Assembly (NCBI GenBank): GCA_964563725.1
Contig: CAZLYF010000002.1
Span: 1-49,991 of the forward strand
From: an uncultured Oscillospiraceae bacterium
GTDB lineage: Bacteria > Bacillota > Clostridia > Christensenellales > Aristaeellaceae
DNA: 49,991 nucleotides
Reading direction: 5' to 3'
In this document: in pieces, positions 25,454-32,275 of the stretch
Numbering within the stretch: position 1 is the first letter of the stretch
Layout: the number at the start of each line of letters is the position of its first letter
The notes under the pieces: model-generated
Told to the model about the DNA's origin: nothing
Seen by the model: the letters and a program-made list of their open reading frames with translations, nothing else
Database searches by the model: none
Program-made: the position numbers and the translations under genes

Positions 25454-26791
25454 ATGCGGATGCAGAGGATCAAGTGCCGGGAGTGCGGCGGCTATATCAC
25501 CGACGTCGACCCGGACAGCCTGGTGGTCCGTTGCGGGAATATCGGGTGCGGGGCGGTGCAGCTGCTCATGGACGACCGGACGCTGCCCGTCGGGGAGGGC
25601 GACCGCGAACAGACGGTGGCAAAGCTCCTGTCGTCCGCGGGGGACAGCCTTGACAACTGGCGCTTTTCCCAGGCGGCCCGCGCTGCCTCTGAGGTCCTCC
25701 TGCTCGATCCCGGGCACTTCCTTGCAAACTTTTATCTCCTGTTCGCGCAGCGCGGGGAAAGCGGCGCGGATCCGCGGGACTACGAAAGCTTTCTGAAGGA
25801 GAAACACGACGCGCCGCCCGAGCAGCTGCGGACCGCCGCGGGCCATGCCCTGTCCGGTTTCCGCCTCAGGGAGGCAAACGCCCTCGGCGTCTTCATCGAC
25901 CAGTCCTTTTCGGGATGGGACCGCGACACGCTGCGCCTGCGCCTGAAGGAACTGGCCGCCCTAAGGATCCTGCAGGAGGAGAACTATGCCCTGATCCCGC
26001 GGGACGTGTTCATCTGCCTTCAGAGCGACGACCTGCCGGTCGCGGAAAAAATCTGCGACATGCTGACCGGCGACGGCATTTCATGCTGGATCTACACGCG
26101 CAACATGCCTCCCCACTGTTCCCGGTACGGAGAGGTCATCAGGTACGCGATCGGCGCCTGCAAGGTGTTTCTTGTGGTCGCGTCGTACGCGTCCATGCAC
26201 CTGAGCGAAGACGTCAAGGAAGAGATCCGCATCGCCTCGGGCCTGAACTGCGCGCGCCTGGAATTCAAGGTCGACGGCACGGAGCACACGGGGCTTTTCA
26301 GTCATTTTTTCAAGGGGATCACCTGGATCGAAGGGCAGGAGCGGGCCGATTCCCAATTTGAGAGGCTCAAGGAGGCGGTCAGGAGGGAGCTTTTCGCTTC
26401 ACAGGAAGCCGCCCCCCGCCAGGCGCCTCCGCCCGCGCTGTTTTTGCATGAAACGGACCGCGGGCACGACGTGGTCCGCGTCGACGAATCCGGGTCGGAG
26501 CTGGGAAGGCCGAAAAAAAACCTTGACCACCCCCACGCCTTCCTGAGCGTGTATATGAAGGTCAGCGGTACGCAATGCCGTTTCCTGTATCACGACGGGC
26601 TGTGGCACGTGGCCGACGCGGGCTCGAAGAACGGGACTTTTCTCAAGGGGCTTGACGGGAGCTGCCGACGCCTTGAGCCGCAGGCTGAAAACCGGCTCGC
26701 CGACGGGATGATCCTCAACCTCGCGGGGCAGATCTCCTTCAGGGTCCGGTACGCGAAAGCGGGAGAAACGCCGGCGGAGGGAAAAACGTGA
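25454..26791 (+). CDS. Zn-ribbon / TPR-like / TIR / FHA multidomain protein
   Basis: CRECGG...VRCGNIGCG zinc ribbon (aa 8-32). TPR-like AGDSLDNWRFSQAARAASEVLLLDPGHFLANFYLLFAQ. TIR block DVFICLQSDDLPVAEKICDMLTGDGISCWIYTRNM...YAIGACKVFLVVASYASMHLSEDVKEEIRIA (aa ~183-300). C-terminal FHA block ELGRPKK...VSGTQCRFLYHDGLWHVADAGSKNGTFLKG...LADGMILNLAGQISFRV (aa ~335-433). Confidence 0.75.
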   Translation: MRMQRIKCRECGGYITDVDPDSLVVRCGNIGCGAVQLLMDDRTLPVGEGDREQTVAKLLSSAGDSLDNWRFSQAARAASEVLLLDPGHFLANFYLLFAQRGESGADPRDYESFLKEKHDAPPEQLRTAAGHALSGFRLREANALGVFIDQSFSGWDRDTLRLRLKELAALRILQEENYALIPRDVFICLQSDDLPVAEKICDMLTGDGISCWIYTRNMPPHCSRYGEVIRYAIGACKVFLVVASYASMHLSEDVKEEIRIASGLNCARLEFKVDGTEHTGLFSHFFKGITWIEGQERADSQFERLKEAVRRELFASQEAAPRQAPPPALFLHETDRGHDVVRVDESGSELGRPKKNLDHPHAFLSVYMKVSGTQCRFLYHDGLWHVADAGSKNGTFLKGLDGSCRRLEPQAENRLADGMILNLAGQISFRVRYAKAGETPAEGKT

Positions 26792-27528
26792 TCAAGGTCC
26801 ATGCCGTCGTCGACATCGGATGCGTCCGGGAGAAAAATGACGACCGCGCGCTTGTGGGCGGAACAGTCCTCGGCGAGGGGGCCCGCAGCGCGGAGTTTGA
26901 GGACGGCGTCCTGATCTGCGTGGCGGACGGCGTCGGCGGAAGCGGCGGCGGCGGCCTCGCCGCCGAGGCCGCCCTGAAGGCCCTGGGCAGCGCGCCCCTT
27001 CCGGCAGGCAGGAGAGAGATCGAAGCGCTGCTGCAGTCAGCCAACGATGCGGTGCTTGCGCTTCAGCGCAGCGCCGCCGCCCTGTCCCAGGCGGCGACGA
27101 CCGTGGCCGGCGTTGTGCTCAGGGACGAAGGCTGCATGGTTTTTCACGCGGGGGACAGCCGCGTGTACAGGATCCGCCGCTCCCGCCTTTCCTGCCTTAC
27201 GGTGGACGACAGCCTTGTGCTCAGGCTGGCGCCGGGAGGCCTGATGCCCCGGGACGCAGCGGCGTCCCCCCGCGGAGGCATCACGCGCTGGGTGGGCCGA
27301 AGCGAAGGCTTCGAGGCAGAAATCGCGGAAGAGACGGGAGGGTTCTATCAGGGGGACGTCCTGCTGCTGTGTTCCGACGGGCTTTACGCGGAGCTTAAGG
27401 AACCCCTGCTGGAAAAAGCCCTGGCGGAGGAGAGGGACGGCGAAGCGCTCTGCCGCGGCCTCGTGGACAGGGCAAGGGCACTGGGCGGCAGGGACAATAT
27501 CACCGCGATCGTTGCCGTGAAGGAGTGA
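26788..27528 (+). CDS. PP2C-family Ser/Thr protein phosphatase
   Basis: The GTG start overlaps the upstream stop (GTGA). REKNDDRALV, ICVADGVGGSGGGGLAAEAA, TTVAGVVL...MVFHAGDSRVYRI, LLLCSDGLY and GGRDNITAIVAVK are the conserved PPM motifs with the metal-binding Asp residues. Confidence 0.9.
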   Translation: MIKVHAVVDIGCVREKNDDRALVGGTVLGEGARSAEFEDGVLICVADGVGGSGGGGLAAEAALKALGSAPLPAGRREIEALLQSANDAVLALQRSAAALSQAATTVAGVVLRDEGCMVFHAGDSRVYRIRRSRLSCLTVDDSLVLRLAPGGLMPRDAAASPRGGITRWVGRSEGFEAEIAEETGGFYQGDVLLLCSDGLYAELKEPLLEKALAEERDGEALCRGLVDRARALGGRDNITAIVAVKE

Positions 27529-27533
27529 GGGCT

Positions 27534-29636
27534 ATGGAAGCGACCCGCCTGGAGGGCATCAGTCCAGAGTACCGCGAGAAGCCGCCCGAGTATGAAGGGC
27601 TGGATTTTTCCGGCATCAGGGTCGAAGGGCTTGTCGACGAGGGGGAAACGAGCTACTTCCTGCTGGAGGAGCAGCTGAAGAAGGACGCTGTCGGGAACCA
27701 GTCGATCCTGTACGTCTGCCGCAGGTGCACAAAGGAAAACGAAGCGGCCGGAACAGAGAAATTCATCGCGAAAGTGTATTACAACTGCGTCAACATCGAC
27801 GACAACGCGCAAATGAAGATACGCCGCTTCCTGCATTCCCCCGAGGCAAGGCAGAACCATATCCTTCCGCAGGTCAATCACGGATACATCAACAAGTCGT
27901 TCTACTGCGAGATCTACCCGTTCTGCCCGGACGGCGACCTGAGCCGCGCGCGGTATTCCTACGAGGAACTGCTTGCCGAGGTGCTGCCGCAGCTCAACGC
28001 CGCCCTGCGGACGATCGCCCAGGCGGGCATCGTGCACAGGGACATCAAGCCGGCCAACATCTATCGGACAGGGAAAGAGCTCTTCGTCGCGGACTTTGGC
28101 ATCGCGACGCTCTCGGACAATGCGTACACGGTGCGCGCCCGGGGAACGCCCACCTATACGGCGCCGGAGATCGCCCTGGGCTTCACATCGGAAAAGACAG
28201 ACTACTATTCGCTGGGGGTCACGCTGTGCGATCTGTACAAGGGGGAACCGCTGTTCAAGGAGATGAGCGACGCCGAAGCGCTGCGCTGCATTTCCAGAAG
28301 GGAACTGCCCCTCTCCTTTGCGCCCGGGCATGAACCGCTCAAGAGGCTCATCGAAAGCCTGCTCCAGTACGAGGACAAGCGCAGCGGCTTTCAGCAGGTC
28401 GAGGAGTTCCTGCGCAGCCCGAAGGATTTTGTTCCCGTCATTGACGCGGGAGCCAGTCAGATCAACTATGTTTTTGCGGGTACGCATTACAGGACCTGCG
28501 ACTCCCTGTCCCAGGGGCTCGTCAGCAAGTGGGACGAAGCGAAAAACCATCTGTTCACGCGCACGCTGAAGACCTATTTCGATCAGGTCCAGATGGATAT
28601 CGGCGCCAGTGCGGGAAGGGTCGTTGACGATGCGGACAAGGCCATCAGGCAGGTCGAGGCCAATGAGAGCCTTTCCGCCGCGGAGAAGGAGCGCCTGACG
28701 TCCCTGCTTGAAGACGCGGCCCTGATGTACTTTCTCAGGACGCTTTCCGCTTCGTACTGGCTGGGATGGCGCGGCAGGAAATACAACGGGCTGTGCGATA
28801 TCGCCGACAGGCTCTTAGAAGGGGACAGCGACGCGGCTGCGCTGTTTGACAGGCAGATCCTCCAGCAATGGGTCGGAGCCTTTGTCGGGAGGGACACGGA
28901 GGAACGCGCAGCGCTCGCAAAAGCCGTTCTCCTGTCGTCACTGAACGATGCCTGCGCGAAAAAGCTGTTTATACTGAGCTTTTCGTCAAGGGCGGAGGAC
29001 CGGGAACTGACTTGGGACGGCCGCCGCTTCCCGACAATGGACAGCCTTTTTGAAGCCCTGACGAGAAACGCGCAGACTTTCTATTCGAATTACGAAGCGC
29101 TGATGGTTTCCGGCGATTTCGTGGCCTTTTTCTGCAGGGCGCTCCCTCTGGAAAGCCTCGGCGCCACGTATGCCGAGGCGACTGACGCGCAGCTGACAAA
29201 AAAGGACAGGTTCAGGCTGCTTTTAAAGATCTTCGAGGCAACGGTCAGCAGGCCCTCTGACGTGCGCAGTTTCTATCTGAACTACGGCGACAATGCGGAC
29301 GCGGTTTGGGTCATTCGGAACCTGCTGAAGCTTTACGCCTTTGAAGGGGAGAAGGCAGGCGCCCTGTTCAGGAAGATCCAGGGGCTGCGGCTGCCTGATC
29401 CGCGGGAAGAGGACCTTGCCTCCTTATGCCGGGCCCTCGACGGGTTTCATGCGGTCGTGGAGGAATTGAGGCGCCTCCTGAAGGACAATTTCTTCCTGTC
29501 CTATATCGGCCAGTCCGGCGGAGCAAGTGAGGACGGGGTCTTCGCGCGTACAAGCGGAGCTTTTTTCGTGTATGAATTCTGGGACAGGCCTGCGCCGGCG
29601 TCGCTGCTGCATCACATGAATGTGAAACAGTCTTGA
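27534..29636 (+). CDS. Hanks-type Ser/Thr protein kinase with ~400-aa C-terminal repeat-containing domain
   Basis: ATG at 27534 lies 9 nt after AAGGAG; GTG at 27525, overlapping the PP2C stop, is the alternative. Lys motif FIAKVYY, catalytic loop HRDIKPANI (HRD at 28035-28043), DFGIAT, GTPTYTAPE, DYYSLGVTLCDL. No TM segment or PASTA repeats. The C-terminal half has three degenerate repeats. Confidence 0.85.
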   Translation: MEATRLEGISPEYREKPPEYEGLDFSGIRVEGLVDEGETSYFLLEEQLKKDAVGNQSILYVCRRCTKENEAAGTEKFIAKVYYNCVNIDDNAQMKIRRFLHSPEARQNHILPQVNHGYINKSFYCEIYPFCPDGDLSRARYSYEELLAEVLPQLNAALRTIAQAGIVHRDIKPANIYRTGKELFVADFGIATLSDNAYTVRARGTPTYTAPEIALGFTSEKTDYYSLGVTLCDLYKGEPLFKEMSDAEALRCISRRELPLSFAPGHEPLKRLIESLLQYEDKRSGFQQVEEFLRSPKDFVPVIDAGASQINYVFAGTHYRTCDSLSQGLVSKWDEAKNHLFTRTLKTYFDQVQMDIGASAGRVVDDADKAIRQVEANESLSAAEKERLTSLLEDAALMYFLRTLSASYWLGWRGRKYNGLCDIADRLLEGDSDAAALFDRQILQQWVGAFVGRDTEERAALAKAVLLSSLNDACAKKLFILSFSSRAEDRELTWDGRRFPTMDSLFEALTRNAQTFYSNYEALMVSGDFVAFFCRALPLESLGATYAEATDAQLTKKDRFRLLLKIFEATVSRPSDVRSFYLNYGDNADAVWVIRNLLKLYAFEGEKAGALFRKIQGLRLPDPREEDLASLCRALDGFHAVVEELRRLLKDNFFLSYIGQSGGASEDGVFARTSGAFFVYEFWDRPAPASLLHHMNVKQS

Positions 29637-29648
29637 GGGTAGGGCGGC

Positions 29649-30614
29649 ATGAATACGAAGCTGATTGAAACGCAATACCGCGAAGCGGAAAGGAAACTGA
29701 CGGAAACCAGGTCCCTGAACATCCGGCAGCTTGGACTGCTTGGCGCCGGGGCGCGCGGGCTGTTCCTCCTCCGCTTTCTGGAAGAGACCTTCTGCTATTT
29801 TGCCATAGCCTACCTGGCGCTGCATCTGGCAGGCCGGCTCCTTCCGGAACTGCCCTTCAAAGCGCCCTTCCCGATCGACTACGGCAATCAGGCGAGGGGG
29901 GTCCGGGTCGAAATCATCATCGCCTACGCTTCGCTGTGCGTCCATTTCGTGTTTCTCGCCATTTCCGCGCACCGGCACCTGAGCTTCGACCTCAGGCACC
30001 GGTCGCTGAAAAAGGCGCTGTCAAAATCCATCCAGGCCATCGACAAGAAACTGCAGGAACTGCCGGAACTGAAAAAAAGCTTCATCCGCGCCGTGTCTGC
30101 GAATGAAACCATCAACATACCCGTGGAAGCGAGGGACAGGCGCCTTCAGGAGATCATCGTCGGCCCGGACCAGCTGCAGAGAAAGACCTCCGCCGCCGCC
30201 GACCGGCTCGCCGGCTTCTTTCTGTGGATATCCGTCGCCTTTTTCTCGTATGTGTACACGCGGCTTCAGTACAGGTCATTCGCGAACGAGTATCTGTCCG
30301 CGATCAACCCAATGGGCAACGACGCCATGCCCGCTTTTCATATTTTCATCCAGTTCATCGCGGTCGTCCTGTGCCGCTACGCGTACAGCTGCGTCGGGGA
30401 GCGCGCAAGCGTCCTGCGCGCGTTGACGGGCTTCCTCACCATCCCCGTCGCCATGGCGCTTTTCGCGGGCATTCTCTGGGCGCTGAAGGCTGCGGCGGAA
30501 GGCGGCACGCCCTTGAAACTCGCCCTGTCCGCGGGGGCGCTGCTCGCTGTCGTCCTCCTGACGGCCAGGGCAAGGTCCCGCAGAAACGCGCAGGCGCGGG
30601 AGAAGAAACCCTGA
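29649..30614 (+). CDS. Polytopic membrane protein, unknown family (last gene of the operon)
   Basis: 321 aa, starting 12 nt after the kinase stop. Hydrophobic segments FCYFAIAYLALHLAG, IIIAYASLCVHFVFLAISA, LAGFFLWISVAFFSYVY, AFHIFIQFIAVVLCRYAY, GFLTIPVAMALFAGILWAL and LALSAGALLAVVLLTA. A charged soluble loop spans aa ~115-185. Confidence 0.7.
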   Translation: MNTKLIETQYREAERKLTETRSLNIRQLGLLGAGARGLFLLRFLEETFCYFAIAYLALHLAGRLLPELPFKAPFPIDYGNQARGVRVEIIIAYASLCVHFVFLAISAHRHLSFDLRHRSLKKALSKSIQAIDKKLQELPELKKSFIRAVSANETINIPVEARDRRLQEIIVGPDQLQRKTSAAADRLAGFFLWISVAFFSYVYTRLQYRSFANEYLSAINPMGNDAMPAFHIFIQFIAVVLCRYAYSCVGERASVLRALTGFLTIPVAMALFAGILWALKAAAEGGTPLKLALSAGALLAVVLLTARARSRRNAQAREKKP

Positions 30615-30638
30615 AAACCGCGAAGCGTCGGCTGGCTT

Positions 30639-30851
30639 TCAGCGCCGCGGCCCCGGCCGCTGCCTGACGGATACCGGAACGAGGATGGCCCTGAGGCTCT
30701 GGAGCCGCCCTGCGCGCGCAAGCAGCGGGACGATCCCCGAAAGGAGGCCCCTCCTGAAGGCCGGGAAACCGAAAAAACCATGGACGGCGGCTGCTTTCAG
30801 CATGCGGCTCCCCATCCGGTCGATGCTGTCCCCGCAAAAAAACCCTGTCAT
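30639..30851 (-). CDS. Candidate small (70 aa) hydrophobic protein, hypothetical
   Basis: Minus-strand ORF MTGFFCGDSIDRMGSRMLKAAAVHGFFGFPAFRRGLLSGIVPLLARAG..., with GGGAGGG just upstream of the ATG. Third-position G/C is high by hand count, as in real genes here. No recognisable family, and it could be a GC artefact. Confidence 0.25.
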   Translation of the reverse strand: MTGFFCGDSIDRMGSRMLKAAAVHGFFGFPAFRRGLLSGIVPLLARAGRLQSLRAILVPVSVRQRPGPRR

Positions 30852-30981
30852 GTGCCCTCCCTGAAACAGCATCCGCTGCCTGCGCGCCCCGGGACCGTCT
30901 TCTGCCGGCGCCTGGCCGGGACGCGCCGGATGCCTTCAGTACTGTATACCCGCCCGGACGGAAACGAAACGGGCTTCCCGG

Positions 30982-31010
30982 TTGACGAAAGGGCGCGGAC
31001 GCGGTATCGT
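30982..31010 (+). promoter_or_regulatory. Promoter candidate for the marR-flavin reductase pair
   Basis: TTGACG (30982-30987), 17-nt spacer, TATCGT (31005-31010), 46 nt upstream of the ATG at 31057. Confidence 0.4.
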
Positions 31011-31056
31011 TTCCGCGATGGGGCATATCGATGGATGAAGGAGAACAGAGGCCGCG

Positions 31057-31566
31057 ATGGACAGCAGGGAAAAGCTCAACCACTTTCTGGTGAAGGTCTT
31101 TCATGAGATCCTCAGAACCGAAGAAGCCTGCGTGCGGGAAGGAGGCTATCAGGACCTGTCCGTGAGCGAGATGCATGTGATCGAAGCCGTCTGCATGGCC
31201 GAGGAATCGGGGAAGAACAACGCGCGGGACATCGCGGAGACCCTTCGCATCACCCCCGGGAGCCTCTCGGTATCCCTGAACGTCCTGGAAGGAAAGGGCT
31301 ACATCCTAAGGGAACGCGACGCGCAGGACAGGCGAAAGATCAGGATCTCCGCCACGCCGCGGGGGAAGAAGGCGGACAAGGACCATGAGCGGTTCCACCA
31401 CTGGATGATCGACCATGTCCTTGGCATCCTTTCGCCCGAGGAGACGGAGGTCTTCGTCCGGGCGCTGGAAGGCGTCGGCGAATTCTTCGCCAGGGAAGGC
31501 GCAAAGAGGCGCACGCGCCCAAGAGGGGCCGGAAAGGCGAAAAATGAAGGAAATCAGCATCAATGA
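31057..31566 (+). CDS. MarR-family transcriptional regulator
   Basis: Winged-helix block LSVSEMHVIEAVCMAEESGKNNARDIAETLRITPGSLSVSLNVLEGKGYILRERDAQDRRKIRISATPRGKK is a classic MarR signature. Confidence 0.85.
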   Translation: MDSREKLNHFLVKVFHEILRTEEACVREGGYQDLSVSEMHVIEAVCMAEESGKNNARDIAETLRITPGSLSVSLNVLEGKGYILRERDAQDRRKIRISATPRGKKADKDHERFHHWMIDHVLGILSPEETEVFVRALEGVGEFFAREGAKRRTRPRGAGKAKNEGNQHQ

Positions 31567-32047
31567 CGTCAGGGCGGCCATCGCGGACCGGATGGCCGAC
31601 GGCGGGGTCTTCCTCTCCTCCGGACGGGGGGACGACGCGAACGTGATGGTGATCGGCTGGGGCGGCTTCGTCCGCTTTTTCAGCAGGCAGCTTTTTCTGG
31701 CCCCGGTGCGCCTGAGCCGCTTCACCCATCACCTCATCGCCGAGAGCGGCGCGTTCACCGTCAGCGTCCCGCTCGCGGGCCTCAGGGAGGAACTGGCGTA
31801 CGCGGGCAGCCAGAGCGGGCGGCAGGTGAAAAAATTCTCGGGCCACGGCCTGACGGCCCTGCCGGCGCAGGCGGTGGACAGCGTGATTGTCGCGGAGTGC
31901 GGCCTTCACCTGGAATGCCGGGTGCTCGCCAGGGTGGAGATGGCCCTGGAGGGGATCGAGCGGACGCTGCTCGACAGGTGGTATGCCCAGCCGGATCCCC
32001 ACACGCAGTTCCTCGGCGAAGTCCTGCGCTGCTATCGTCTGGACTGA
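31544..32047 (+). CDS. Flavin reductase-like (FMN-binding split-barrel) protein
   Basis: ATG at 31544 overlaps the marR end by 23 nt. VFLSSGRGDDANVMVIGWGGF...RFTHHLIAESGAFTVSVP resembles the flavin reductase-like domain family. Confidence 0.6.
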   Translation: MKEISINDVRAAIADRMADGGVFLSSGRGDDANVMVIGWGGFVRFFSRQLFLAPVRLSRFTHHLIAESGAFTVSVPLAGLREELAYAGSQSGRQVKKFSGHGLTALPAQAVDSVIVAECGLHLECRVLARVEMALEGIERTLLDRWYAQPDPHTQFLGEVLRCYRLD

Positions 32048-32123
32048 CCTCTCCCTGACCTGACGGCCTTCCGGAGGCGGGGCCGCGGCGGGCCGGCGTC
32101 CCTGTTCGGAGTTTTCCGGTGCG

Positions 32124-32146
32124 CCCCGGCCTGGCCGGGGATTTTT
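32124..32146 (+). terminator. Rho-independent terminator candidate after the flavin reductase gene
   Basis: CCCCGGC-ctg-GCCGGGG followed by ATTTTT. Short stem and tight loop, hence moderate confidence. Confidence 0.5.
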
Positions 32147-32157
32147 CCGTATTGGGC

Positions 32158-32186
32158 TTGACAGGACGCCGAAAGGCGGCGATAAT
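32158..32186 (+). promoter_or_regulatory. Near-consensus promoter for degV
   Basis: TTGACA (32158-32163), 17-nt spacer, GATAAT (32181-32186). It is followed by the inverted repeat GAACTTCA-n13-TGAAGTTC (32193-32221). Confidence 0.6.
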
Positions 32187-32275
32187 CGCTTTGAACTTCA
32201 AAAAAGGAACGGCTGAAGTTCGAAAACAGGGGAAGGCCCGGCCGACGCCGGGCGCCTGAAGCGAAAGGAAGAGCC

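Noticed and set aside
21563-31056. Mobile genetic element / integrated island carrying the ESCRT-TIR operon
   Set aside because: The composition suggests acquisition, but no integrase, recombinase, transposase, tRNA target or flanking direct repeats could be found by eye. It is not annotated as a mobile element.
30780-31106. 108-aa plus-strand ORF and 246-aa minus-strand ORF (30436-31176) in the gap before marR
   Set aside because: Both overlap the marR start or the upstream gene end, have no RBS, and translate to Arg/Pro/Gly-rich sequence without hydrophobic core patterns.
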